From Candidatus Syntropharchaeum caldarium (GTDB taxonomy: Archaea; Halobacteriota; Syntropharchaeia; Syntropharchaeales; Syntropharchaeaceae), in contig LYOS01000004.1 in NCBI GenBank assembly GCA_001766815.1, forward strand, positions 73,610-105,609: DNA of 32,000 nucleotides, in the 5' to 3' direction. This document shows, in pieces, positions 6,733 to 16,030 of the stretch. How positions within the stretch are numbered: position 1 is the first letter of the stretch; the number at the start of each line of letters is the position of its first letter. The notes beneath the pieces are model-generated. The model had not been told where the DNA came from and did no database searches. It saw only the letters and a program-made list of their open reading frames with translations. The position numbers and the translations under genes were made by a program.

Positions 6733-8144
6733 TGTTCCCGACGTGTTTTAAACTGGGAGAGCCGCATCTGCCGTACAGTAGATTTCTCACCTGGAATCTC
6801 AAGCGGATAGATGCCGGTTAAACATCCGAGACAGAGATCCTCTCTTTTTTTACCTATCGCATCGATCAACCCCTCTATACTCAAATAGCCGATCGAATCA
6901 AGGTTGAGTGTATCTCTTATCTCATCTATAGACCTGTTTGATGCGATAAGTTCCTCTCGTGTTGACATATTTATCCCAAAATAACAAGGTGCGATGATAG
7001 GCGGACTTCCGATACGAAGGTGAACCTCGCGGGCACCACTCTCCCTGAGATTATCAATGATCCTTCTGGATGTTGTTCCCCTTACAATCGAGTCATCGAC
7101 AAGAATTACCCGCTTATCTTTTACATTTGGCTTCACAACATTGAGTTTAAGCCTGACAGACGCTTCTCTTGCTTGCTGATATGGCATGATGAACGTTCGC
7201 CCAAGATAGCGGTTCTTGATCAGTCCTTCAAGATAGGGTATCTTTGATGCTGCACTATAGCCTATCGCAGACGTGACGCCCGAGTCTGGAACAGGTGAGA
7301 CAATATCTGCATCAACAGGATGTTCTTCAGCGAGTTTCTCGCCAATTCTCCTTCTGACATCATAGACAAGACGATTGTTCATCAACGAGTCTGGCCTTGC
7401 AAAATAGATGTACTCAAATACGCAGTATGCAGTGTTTCGCATCTGCTGGAGCATGTGTGACTTAAGTTTACCTTCCTTTATCATCACAAGTTCTCCGGGG
7501 CGAATATCTCTTATGAGCTTGCCATCGATTGCATCTATTGCCACGCTCTCAGAGGTGATGATATAACCATCGTCCACGCTGCCAAGAACAAGAGGTTTGA
7601 TCCCGAGTGGATCCCTCACTCCGATTAAGAGGTCATTTATCAGGATTGTGAGTGAGTAGGAACCCTCGATTTGCATTGAAACTGACCTTATAGCATCCAC
7701 GGGGTCATGTCGCAGAAGTTCCTTCACAAGCAGATTTGCGATCACCTCGGTATCGGTTGTTGAGACGAACGTTGCACCACTCTTCTCAAGGGATCTTCTC
7801 AAGAATTCAGTATTTATCAGATTGCCGTTATGTGCGATCGCAAGCATCCCTCCCCTGAAATTAATCGTGAAGGGTTGCACATTCTCAGGTGACGATTCCC
7901 CGGTGGTGGAGTATCTGACATGTCCGATCCCGATCTCCCCTTTAAGTCGCTTCAGGTGTCGATCATGAAACACTTCTGGAACAAGTCCCATTGCCTTGAA
8001 TGACCTGATAGAAACCCCGTCCCATGTTGAAATCCCTGCAGACTCCTGTCCTCGATGCTGGAGTGCATAGAGTGTAAAAAATAATGGATATGAAACGCTA
8101 CGCCCATCAAGCGCAATACCTGCAACACCGCATTTTTCTTCCAA
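6720..8144 (-). CDS. purF: Amidophosphoribosyltransferase (glutamine PRPP amidotransferase)
   Basis: The TTG start has AGGTGGA 5 nt upstream. The N-terminus MEEK-CGVAGI carries the N-terminal nucleophile Cys. Other motifs are HRGQESAGI, the PRTase loop VILVDDSIVRGTT and the Fe-S Cys motif PCYFGI. The 3' end overlaps the UbiA gene by 13 nt (convergent). Confidence 0.95.
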   Translation of the reverse strand: MEEKCGVAGIALDGRSVSYPLFFTLYALQHRGQESAGISTWDGVSIRSFKAMGLVPEVFHDRHLKRLKGEIGIGHVRYSTTGESSPENVQPFTINFRGGMLAIAHNGNLINTEFLRRSLEKSGATFVSTTDTEVIANLLVKELLRHDPVDAIRSVSMQIEGSYSLTILINDLLIGVRDPLGIKPLVLGSVDDGYIITSESVAIDAIDGKLIRDIRPGELVMIKEGKLKSHMLQQMRNTAYCVFEYIYFARPDSLMNNRLVYDVRRRIGEKLAEEHPVDADIVSPVPDSGVTSAIGYSAASKIPYLEGLIKNRYLGRTFIMPYQQAREASVRLKLNVVKPNVKDKRVILVDDSIVRGTTSRRIIDNLRESGAREVHLRIGSPPIIAPCYFGINMSTREELIASNRSIDEIRDTLNLDSIGYLSIEGLIDAIGKKREDLCLGCLTGIYPLEIPGEKSTVRQMRLSQFKTRREHQWI

Positions 8145-8230
8145 AGCTTTTCCACCTATTTAAGAAAGATGTGATACAGTAATTATCTTGGGGAGGCTGT
8201 TAAAAAGATTTGGGTTTTCACACCGCGCGT

Positions 8231-9277
8231 TTATGTCACAACCTCATCGAGCCTACCTTCATCCATCGCTTTCCTGATCTCCTTTGCAATCCGTTTTCCT
8301 GTAGATAATCCTTTCTCGATAAGGTCTGCATACGGTGAGCCCGAGATGAAGAGGTTTGTGCCCGCAACGATCCTTGCTGAGATCTCAAAGACCTTGAATT
8401 CGAGATCCTCTGTGCAGATCGTCTCAAGACAGAATGGTCCGATAACGCCGCCAAATAGTTTGAGCGACTCCTCGACAACCTTTTCACCCATCTCAAAGAC
8501 TTTGGGAAGGAGAGACTCCCTGAGAACAAGTGGTAAGTTTCCGGTTACGACAAATGATGGATTTATTCCCAGTTTTGCAAGCTCATTTATCGAGCCAAGT
8601 CTGTAGATCTCATCTATATTCGATTCAACCCTTCTGTCGATTCCAAGAACCTCAAGCGTGCCTTTACTCAATCTGTAACCATCTTCACTGATCGGCGAGT
8701 AGAAATAATGGATGTAGTATCTCGTGCCAGGCACAAACTCCTGTATCGTAAACTCCTGGGTCGTATCAACCCTCTTCTCAATCTCTTCTCTATTATTTGC
8801 GATGAAGAAGCTCGATCCGCCCTTTGCACCATGATATTTAACGATGACAGGCCTATCGACCTCATCGAGTGAGTACTGTGCAGGCATCGTGATTCCTGCT
8901 CCTTCAAGCCACTGCCGCTCTTTCTTTCGATCAGACTCCCACTCAAGCACCTTCCTGTTACCGAATGTCGGCACTTCAAGCTCACGGAACCGCTCTGCGC
9001 CCATATACTCAACAAATGAGCCGTGTGGTATCACGATCGCATCCTGGCGAATGAGTTCATTTCTGCGATCTGCTATCTCTGAATAGCGCTCAACGACCAT
9101 GAATTCATCTGGTTTTGCAAGCGGAAAAGCGTCATAGAACTTTGGAGGCTTCTTTAAAGCGATTCCAAGTGTTTTGAATCCTTCTTTTCTCGCACCATCA
9201 AATATCTGGAGGCTTGAGTGAGAACAGACCGTTGCGATGGTCGGCTCATTATAGTGCTTAAGTAGATCTTCGATCAT
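8231..9277 (-). CDS. purP: 5-formaminoimidazole-4-carboxamide ribonucleotide (FAICAR) synthetase PurP, copy 1
   Basis: 348 aa. The N-terminus is IATVCSHSSLQIFDGARKEGFKT with an ATP-grasp body. ATGA overlap with the upstream paralog. Confidence 0.85.
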   Translation of the reverse strand: MIEDLLKHYNEPTIATVCSHSSLQIFDGARKEGFKTLGIALKKPPKFYDAFPLAKPDEFMVVERYSEIADRRNELIRQDAIVIPHGSFVEYMGAERFRELEVPTFGNRKVLEWESDRKKERQWLEGAGITMPAQYSLDEVDRPVIVKYHGAKGGSSFFIANNREEIEKRVDTTQEFTIQEFVPGTRYYIHYFYSPISEDGYRLSKGTLEVLGIDRRVESNIDEIYRLGSINELAKLGINPSFVVTGNLPLVLRESLLPKVFEMGEKVVEESLKLFGGVIGPFCLETICTEDLEFKVFEISARIVAGTNLFISGSPYADLIEKGLSTGKRIAKEIRKAMDEGRLDEVVT

Positions 9278-10431
9278 GTCACGATCTTCTCTACCTGATC
9301 GGTCTCGATCGCATGCTTGATCTCCATCGCGACCCGTCTGCCTGTGCTCATGTTCTTTCGCCAGAGTGTGTTTCCATAAGGGTGTCCCACAAACACATGG
9401 ACATTTGTTCCACCGCCGATTCTGGGTGCAACGTCATAGATATAGAAGTTGAGATCCTTATCAACGCACGTCTGGAGGCAGAACGGGCCGATGATGCCTG
9501 GATCATAATACTCTTTTGTCGCCTCAACATACTTCTCTCCGAGTTCGAACGCCTTCTCAAGGAGCGATTCTCGCAGCGTGCATGTATTGTGACCGCAGAC
9601 CGTGTATTCTGGCGTGAGCTGTTTCTCGTTGAGCGTGATCTGCTGTGGCGCTGGTAGCCTCACATGTCCATCGAGACTGGTTTCAAACCGCCAGTCAACC
9701 CCAAGTAGTTCAAGCTGTTCCATCTCACTTTCAAGTGGCGAATAAAAGAAATCAAGGTTGAAGACAGGTCCTATGATGTATCGCTCTATCCTTGCATCTT
9801 TCAGGTCAGCTTCTGTGATGATTCCCTGTTTTATAAGGGATCTTGAGGTTTTGTGGTACTCCTCCGGGGATGCAGCTGTAAAAAACCCTCTTTCAAGCTT
9901 CTTGATAGCATGATGAAGCTTAACGATCACAAGTTCATCAATGTCATCTGGATCTTCAATTTGATCAGGATAGGGAAGCCCTGCTTTCTCAAGAAGCCAG
10001 TAATAGCTCTCTTTTTCACTTCGCTCCTCGCTTCGAAGGAGGTTACGGCTTCCAACAAGCGGGAGTTTGAACTCATCCTCGACCTCATCCATCGTGCAGT
10101 AAGATGTGAACGAGCGGTTCGGGACAAAGAGAACGCTCTTATCACGCATCTTCTGCTGGTTCTCCTCTCTGATTATCTCATTGAAGCGATCAAGCACGAG
10201 CGACTCATCGACAACCCCTCTGATAACCTCACCTCTCTTATTGCGCTTTGTCCTGAAGTAACGGGAGTATGTTGCATCCCTTCCTCGCTGGCAGACGGCA
10301 TACGTCCTGAAACCCTCTTCAATCGCACCGTCACAGACATCAAGAGCAGAATGAGAGGCAAGCACCCCGATCATCGCATCATCGAGGTTATAGCTATCAA
10401 GGATCTCGTAGATCTCAGATCGTGATATCAT
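9274..10431 (-). CDS. purP: PurP-family ATP-grasp enzyme, copy 2 (paralog)
   Basis: 385 aa. The N-terminus is IGVLASHSALDVCDGAIEEGFRT. The C-terminal segments GPFCLQT...YDVAPRIGGGTN parallel GPFCLET...FEISARIVAGTN of copy 1. Confidence 0.8.
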   Translation of the reverse strand: MISRSEIYEILDSYNLDDAMIGVLASHSALDVCDGAIEEGFRTYAVCQRGRDATYSRYFRTKRNKRGEVIRGVVDESLVLDRFNEIIREENQQKMRDKSVLFVPNRSFTSYCTMDEVEDEFKLPLVGSRNLLRSEERSEKESYYWLLEKAGLPYPDQIEDPDDIDELVIVKLHHAIKKLERGFFTAASPEEYHKTSRSLIKQGIITEADLKDARIERYIIGPVFNLDFFYSPLESEMEQLELLGVDWRFETSLDGHVRLPAPQQITLNEKQLTPEYTVCGHNTCTLRESLLEKAFELGEKYVEATKEYYDPGIIGPFCLQTCVDKDLNFYIYDVAPRIGGGTNVHVFVGHPYGNTLWRKNMSTGRRVAMEIKHAIETDQVEKIVT

Positions 10432-10485
10432 GATCTAATCTATGGATACACTTCATAAATCACTTTCGTTGAATGTTTAAAATAT

Positions 10486-11385
10486 TCACCCAACCACCTT
10501 CCTCAGACCATCCCCTGAAACATCTGCAACGATCGCTTTGCCTCCGGCTTCCTCTATTCCCTCGACGACCTGTGCAACCTTCTTTGCTTCGCAGATTGCA
10601 ACGATACACCCCCCACCTCCTGCTCCTGTGATCTTTGCACCGTACGCCCCATGCGATCTTGCTCCATCAACAAGTGCAGAAAGCTCCAGAGATCCAACCC
10701 CAATCGCATCAAGAAGTCCATGATTTATGTTCATGAGCATGCCAAGTCTTTTATAATCCGCTGCTTCAAGCCATTCAATGACAGCGGCAGTTATCCGGTC
10801 AATCGCATCAAAGATCAGGTCGATAACCTCTGGTTCGCTCGATCGAAGTTCCTTCACCGCCTGAACAAGCTTTTTTGTTGACCCCACTGTTCTGGTATCT
10901 CCAATCACGATCGCGCAATCGAGCGTATCCTGTATCCGAAGAAGATCTGGCACAAGCACACAACCACCCATAGTCGAGACAAAAGTGTCGGTTGGACTTG
11001 CAACACCCTGAATCGACCTTTCAACCTCGAAGGCAAGCTTTGCAATATCTTCTTTGGATAAATTAGCATCAAACTCCTCATTCAATGCACCGAGTGTCGC
11101 AACTGTGACAGCAGCAGATGATCCAAGACCTGCTCCAACTGGAATCTCTGACTCAACCTTTATCTCGACACCATCAACAGCTTTGATTGAGGAGAATGCA
11201 TTGACCGCTTCTTCCAGATATCTTGTATCTGCATTGGTCTGGTAATGGAAGTTATCAGACCGTTCAAGTCTCACTGTGGTTCGAAGATCGATACCCACAG
11301 CCACAGCTCGTTTGTTATAGACAACCGCATGCTCACCGGAGAGATATACCTTTGCAGGCGCAGAATATACGACCACACCTCTCAC
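10486..11385 (-). CDS. mvk: Mevalonate kinase
   Basis: GHMP kinase motifs are APAKVYLSGEHAVVY, PVGAGLGSSAAVTVA and KITGAGGGGC. The protein is colinear with Methanosarcina Mvk as I recall it. The GTG start overlaps the rfcL stop (GTGA). Confidence 0.93.
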   Translation of the reverse strand: MRGVVVYSAPAKVYLSGEHAVVYNKRAVAVGIDLRTTVRLERSDNFHYQTNADTRYLEEAVNAFSSIKAVDGVEIKVESEIPVGAGLGSSAAVTVATLGALNEEFDANLSKEDIAKLAFEVERSIQGVASPTDTFVSTMGGCVLVPDLLRIQDTLDCAIVIGDTRTVGSTKKLVQAVKELRSSEPEVIDLIFDAIDRITAAVIEWLEAADYKRLGMLMNINHGLLDAIGVGSLELSALVDGARSHGAYGAKITGAGGGGCIVAICEAKKVAQVVEGIEEAGGKAIVADVSGDGLRKVVG

Positions 11386-12800
11386 CCAAAGTCGAATAAC
11401 GTCTTCTGACCAGAAGAACTCTCTTTCTTTTTTTCACCGGTCTTAGTAGATGCGGGTGCAGGCTCAGGTGATGGCATATCCGAAATTTCGCTGCTGGGCG
11501 CTTTTCTGGCAGAGATGGCCTTTGAAAGTTTCAGAACCTCCTTTGCCTCTCGTTTTCCTTTACTGCCGAAAATCAGCAGAAGATCGTTCTGATCAAGCCC
11601 AAATGCCGCTGTGACCGCTGCTGCTTTTTCACGGTCTGTGAAGATAAGTCTGAGAAGTGGGATCAGCTTCTGCCTGCTGTAGGTTTCCGACGTGTGTGTG
11701 GCTTTCGCAATCTTCAATCCAAGCTCAATCTCCTCCTTTTTTCTGCCCCTTGACGCTGAAATCCTTCTGAAATGAGATGGTGGCTGGTATCGGGTAAAAG
11801 TGCGGTTGAACTTTCCCGATCCAGTATGTGTCAGGATCGTCCCACAGATCATCAAAAAACTTGCATACCTCCAGAAGCGATAGTTTTGTCGTTTTTTTAC
11901 TCTTCCAAGAAAACGATCACTCTTTGATAACCAATCCATGCCATAAACGAGTAGTTCTTTTGGAAATTGTCGTGGTAGATTCTCATCGATCCAGTGAATG
12001 AGCGCTTCTGGAGTCTCATCGATCTCAAAGGATGCTTTATAGACATCTTCTATATCTCCCTCTCTGAATAGTGATGACAGGAAATTGAATATTGAATTAC
12101 GCTTATCACGAATGCCAGTTGCGAGATCTTCCACGGTGATTCTCTCTTTCCCTTCTGCAATCGCCTGTAAATCATTTATTGCAGATCTCAAATCGTTTTT
12201 TCCCTCAGCGAGCTCCTTCAATGCAAGTTCATCACACGTTATCCCTTCATTTTTGCAGATTCGCCTGAGCTGTGCCACGATTGCTGTTTTTCTGATCGCT
12301 CTAAACTGTATTGTTTCACACTCTACCTTGAGGGCTCTGGGAATCCCATAGAGGTCGTTTGCAGTCAGAATTATCGGATTTTGCGTGGTGCGAACGATCT
12401 TCAGAAGTTCCCTTGACCCACCAAAATCCGCAGTACCATGTATGTTATCCGCTTCATCAAGGATTATGAGTCTCAATCCTCCCTCAAAAAGCCCCCTGGA
12501 TCTTGATGCAAGTCCTGCAACCTTCTTGATGACCGTTGCAGTCCGCTGGTCTGATGCATTAAGTTCGATAACTTCCCATCCAAAATCGTGAGCGAGTGCG
12601 TATGCCGCCGATGTCTTACCAACCCCAGCGCTCCCGTATAGTATAGTTGCCCGTTTCTCAGGTTTTCCCTCTCTCCAGCTCTCTGCCCATCTGATAAGTT
12701 CTCCCTTCGCCTTATCGTTACCAACCACTTCAGCAAGCGTCACCGGGCGGTACTTCTCCACCCATGCGCCGGTTTCAGTCTTTAAATCTGTTGTAAGCAT
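11382..12800 (-). CDS. rfcL: Replication factor C large subunit
   Basis: Motifs are WVEKYRP, Walker A YGSAGVGKTS and Walker B ILDEADN. The C-terminal tail is acidic/basic with an FDF-type ending (KTLFDFG, PCNA-binding-like). Confidence 0.92.
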   Translation of the reverse strand: MLTTDLKTETGAWVEKYRPVTLAEVVGNDKAKGELIRWAESWREGKPEKRATILYGSAGVGKTSAAYALAHDFGWEVIELNASDQRTATVIKKVAGLASRSRGLFEGGLRLIILDEADNIHGTADFGGSRELLKIVRTTQNPIILTANDLYGIPRALKVECETIQFRAIRKTAIVAQLRRICKNEGITCDELALKELAEGKNDLRSAINDLQAIAEGKERITVEDLATGIRDKRNSIFNFLSSLFREGDIEDVYKASFEIDETPEALIHWIDENLPRQFPKELLVYGMDWLSKSDRFLGRVKKRQNYRFWRYASFLMICGTILTHTGSGKFNRTFTRYQPPSHFRRISASRGRKKEEIELGLKIAKATHTSETYSRQKLIPLLRLIFTDREKAAAVTAAFGLDQNDLLLIFGSKGKREAKEVLKLSKAISARKAPSSEISDMPSPEPAPASTKTGEKKKESSSGQKTLFDFG

Positions 12801-13500
12801 CTATTATCTCTGAGCCTTCAAGAAATGGCATGTCGTTCAGTCTGCCATACTCGATCGCATCTTTTTTTGATAGTGCCTTACCGGTCCGATGGTCGAGCAT
12901 CTCACATATTGCCATTGAAGGTGTGATGCCAGCCATAATTGCCATCACAATCGATAGCTCAGTCTGCCCAACTCGTTCAGAGACAAGCCCTCTTGCGGCC
13001 CTGAGAATCGCAACATGACCAGGCGAACGAAATTCATCGCCGAAGTTCACACCGTTGCCGTTCATCGATCGTTTCACGATCTCACCAAGTTTTCTGATCG
13101 TCAATGCCCGATCGTTGTCTGTAATCCCTGTGAACGTTTCGCGATGATTCACCCATATCGAGAAGGATGACTTTCGGTCATAAGGGATATCGCCGATCTT
13201 CTCGGTTACTGTATCAAATTTGTTCTTCCCACGGCCACCATTGCTATATGATGAGTACACCTGAAGGACATCTACCATAAACGGGAGCCCAAGTCGATCT
13301 GCTGAATCAGGGTGGATTGCAACACAGATCAAGCCTCCCCCATCACTTCGCAACCTGAAGAGGTCTGCTGGTGTGATCGTAGTTGCAGGGTATACAATAT
13401 CGGTCTCCCCCTCTCTATTGTCTGAGTCATAGATCAGGATTGGTTTACCTTCTTTGAGTGCATTTTTCGCACGCTCTATTCTATACATAGAATCATTCAT
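12775..13500 (-). CDS. ribB: 3,4-dihydroxy-2-butanone 4-phosphate synthase (archaeal type)
   Basis: ALKEGKPILIYDSDNREGETDIVYPA and GGLICVA are present. ATGA overlap with ribK upstream. The 3' end overlaps the rfcL start by 26 nt. Confidence 0.9.
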   Translation of the reverse strand: MNDSMYRIERAKNALKEGKPILIYDSDNREGETDIVYPATTITPADLFRLRSDGGGLICVAIHPDSADRLGLPFMVDVLQVYSSYSNGGRGKNKFDTVTEKIGDIPYDRKSSFSIWVNHRETFTGITDNDRALTIRKLGEIVKRSMNGNGVNFGDEFRSPGHVAILRAARGLVSERVGQTELSIVMAIMAGITPSMAICEMLDHRTGKALSKKDAIEYGRLNDMPFLEGSEIIDAYNRFKD

Positions 13501-14153
13501 ATAAACACCTTCATCCTGATTTCATCCCCATCTTTGACCGACAGGCTTTTTCTCAGATTTACCGGTGCAAGGATCTCGACGATATCTTCTGGATAGTGCG
13601 TACGATCGGGTATTATCACAGCAGATTTTATGCCTTTGATCTCACCAAGAAAGCACCGTCCTCCACCGAAAGTCCGATTTTCAGCCTTAAAACCTGAAAT
13701 AGGTATGCCTTTACGGTTGTCAAGCTTTTTTCTGAGTGTTGTGCTCTCTTTTGTCAGGTTCAGGTTCAATGTTCCTGGAAATGGTTGAAATCCGAGTTTC
13801 TCACTGAATTGTTTCATATAGCCATCCTGTGCAATGTAATACTGTCCCTCGCCCAACCCGGTCATGACGGTACCTATCAACTCAATCGCGTCCTCGTTTC
13901 CCTCAAATATCTTCTGATATGCATAATATTCATTCCTCAGAAGTTCAACACCAAGATCTGTTATTGTCATCCACTGTCCATTTCCCTGTATCGTTCGAGA
14001 GATATATCCCGCTTCATCAAGCTCCTGTAGCCTCCTTGAAGCAGTTTGTGGACTTGAACGGAGTTTCTCAGAAAACTCATGGGATGAGACCTTTATCGGT
14101 GCGTTTATGCCACCCATCAATGCAAGCTGTTTCAGTGATTCTGTATCTGTCAT
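13497..14153 (-). CDS. ribK: CTP-dependent riboflavin kinase fused to an N-terminal winged-helix DNA-binding domain (RbkR-type bifunctional regulator/kinase)
   Basis: The C-terminal domain carries GTVMTGLGEGQYY, PFPGTLNLNL and FGGGRCF, typical of MJ0056-type riboflavin kinase. The N-terminal ~75 aa are HTH-like (SSPQTASRRLQELDEAGYISR). Confidence 0.88.
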   Translation of the reverse strand: MTDTESLKQLALMGGINAPIKVSSHEFSEKLRSSPQTASRRLQELDEAGYISRTIQGNGQWMTITDLGVELLRNEYYAYQKIFEGNEDAIELIGTVMTGLGEGQYYIAQDGYMKQFSEKLGFQPFPGTLNLNLTKESTTLRKKLDNRKGIPISGFKAENRTFGGGRCFLGEIKGIKSAVIIPDRTHYPEDIVEILAPVNLRKSLSVKDGDEIRMKVFI

Positions 14154-14159
14154 GGAACC

Positions 14160-14182
14160 ATCTCAAAATTGAGATGTATCTC
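14160..14182 (-). promoter_or_regulatory. Candidate operator (overlapping inverted repeats) between the TATA-like element and the ribK-HTH start codon
   Basis: ATCTCAA-AA-TTGAGAT (14160-14175, 7-2-7) overlaps GAGAT-GT-ATCTC (14171-14182). It lies 7 nt upstream of ATG 14153. On the minus strand, the AT-rich TATTTTATTAA sits about 30 nt upstream of the ATG. Confidence 0.4.
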
Positions 14183-14235
14183 ATAGTTAATAAAATATGT
14201 GGTTCTTCAAAAAAGAAAAAGAAGGTAGGAAGGAC

Positions 14236-15912
14236 TTATGCCTTCCTCATGTACTTGAAGGATGTCTTCAGGATCCACTCTTCAAGTGTTTTCTTGTCAA
14301 CAACCTGTTCCAGTTTGACATTTGAGGCAGCTCGCATCGCCTCAATCGCCTTCTCTGGTTCATTTCCACTGTATATGACCTTACCAAGTTCCATTGTGTC
14401 CATATAGTCACAGACGTCAGCGGCGAAGTCAATATCATGGGTGATGATGACGAACGTCGTTCCCAGTTCATCTCGTGCCCTCAGCACACCGTTTGCCAGC
14501 TTCCGCATCGATATTGGATCGAGTGTTCCTGATGGCTCATCCAGATATGCGATCTTTGGCTTTGTTAGCAGGGCAAAACCAACAAGCATCCGCTGCTTCT
14601 CACCCTCACTGAGTGCGTCCGTATCTCGATCCAGCATTTCCGCAATGTGGTCATCATCGAACTCAAGTAACCGTAAAACCTCATATATCCTTTCTTTTGC
14701 CTCTTCATCACTGAGCTCAGGCAGCACACCTCTGAGTTCCTGCCATACCGTCTTGAACGCGGTCATGTCATACTCCTGGTAGGATGTGCTCATCATCGCA
14801 AGTGCCTTACCTCGTCCACCACGGTTACTTGGATGCATATCGATCCATTCTCCATTGGCCCTTACCCGGCAGGTACCATCATATCCTGTGATACTTGGAT
14901 CCCCCATCATAATCTTCACAAGGGTTGTTTTTCCAGAACCACTGAATCCGAGAAGCCCGTGAATCGACCGCTCGCGAATGGTAATATTGACACCATCAAC
15001 TGCTTTTATTATACCTCTGTCCACGGTGTAGTAGTACTTCTTGAGGTCTCTGATCTCAATAATTGGATCTCCAATGGTGACTTTTGACTCGTACTTTGGT
15101 GGGACCTTTGCCATAAACCGTTCTGCGATCTCAGCTGGCTCTCCAACCTGCAGGATCTTCCCTGCTTCCATTAATCCCAGTGTCTGCACTGCAAGCCCTG
15201 TGAACTTCGGAAGATGTGATGCCAGAAGCACTGTGACCTTTGTTTCCTTCACAAGCTTTCCAAGCACGCCGTAGATGTACTCTGCTGTAATCGGGTCAAG
15301 GGTTCCCGACGGCTCATCAAGGAACAAAACTATTGGTTCCATTGCGATCTGTCTTATCAGAACAAGTCGCTGCTTCTCACCGCCGCTTAGATCCCTTGCG
15401 ATGTGGGTTGTTCTGTGTGCAAGGCCCACGAGGTTGATAAGCTCCATCGCACGCTCTCTTCTCAGCTCAACAGGATACCTGATCGTAACAAGCGCTTCGA
15501 CGATGTTCTCAAATGTTGAACGCATCGAGTAGAGTGAGAAAGAACGCTGAAGCATAATGGATGTTCTGTTTTTTACAGCAAGTGCATCGCTTTCGTTTTC
15601 AGGTTTCCAGAGGTTTACGTCCTTCGCCTCAACGGGTGAACCGCACTTTCTACATCCACCCTCATGGCTTGGTATGTGAGCCTCATTGCACCGCTCGTTG
15701 GTGCAGATCTTCACATGATAGATTACGTCCCCACTCACGGGCTCATAACCCTCAACACCATATGCTGCATGGAGCAATGCGGTCTTTCCACAACCACTCT
15801 CTCCTACCAGCCCAATAACATCTTCTTCATCTACACCAAGTGTTACACCATCAACAACTGTCTTACCGCCAAGTTCTACAGTTACATTTTCTATATCAAT
15901 AACTCTCATCAC
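14236..15912 (-). CDS. atwA: Methyl-coenzyme M reductase system component A2 (double ABC ATPase AtwA)
   Basis: Two ABC cassettes are present (GESGCGKT/LSGGEKQR and GFSGSGKTT/LSEGEKQR). The first domain carries the family-typical Cys-rich insert GYEPVSGDVIYHVKIC...C...CRKCG. ATG 15909 (GGAGAT upstream) may be the real start rather than GTG 15912. Confidence 0.85.
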   Translation of the reverse strand: MMRVIDIENVTVELGGKTVVDGVTLGVDEEDVIGLVGESGCGKTALLHAAYGVEGYEPVSGDVIYHVKICTNERCNEAHIPSHEGGCRKCGSPVEAKDVNLWKPENESDALAVKNRTSIMLQRSFSLYSMRSTFENIVEALVTIRYPVELRRERAMELINLVGLAHRTTHIARDLSGGEKQRLVLIRQIAMEPIVLFLDEPSGTLDPITAEYIYGVLGKLVKETKVTVLLASHLPKFTGLAVQTLGLMEAGKILQVGEPAEIAERFMAKVPPKYESKVTIGDPIIEIRDLKKYYYTVDRGIIKAVDGVNITIRERSIHGLLGFSGSGKTTLVKIMMGDPSITGYDGTCRVRANGEWIDMHPSNRGGRGKALAMMSTSYQEYDMTAFKTVWQELRGVLPELSDEEAKERIYEVLRLLEFDDDHIAEMLDRDTDALSEGEKQRMLVGFALLTKPKIAYLDEPSGTLDPISMRKLANGVLRARDELGTTFVIITHDIDFAADVCDYMDTMELGKVIYSGNEPEKAIEAMRAASNVKLEQVVDKKTLEEWILKTSFKYMRKA

Positions 15913-16030
15913 TTACCATCTCCTAACTGTGGCGTCTTTATAATTAGTTTAACTCATAGGATTAGCATATAAGCTTTTCTAAAATTTGTCAGATATGCCC
16001 TGTAAATGTCACTACTTAAACAAATAATAA

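Noticed and set aside
8236-10425. Multiple 60-190-aa ORFs on both strands inside the two purP genes (for example 8236..8529, 8668..9015, 9313..9657, 9853..10425)
   Set aside because: All are nested within or antisense to strongly supported purP coding sequence. They show Ser/Arg/Leu-rich shadow-frame composition.
14441-15972. A series of plus-strand ORFs antisense to atwA
   Set aside because: These are shadow ORFs opposite a double ABC ATPase gene with intact Walker and signature motifs. They have no motifs of their own.
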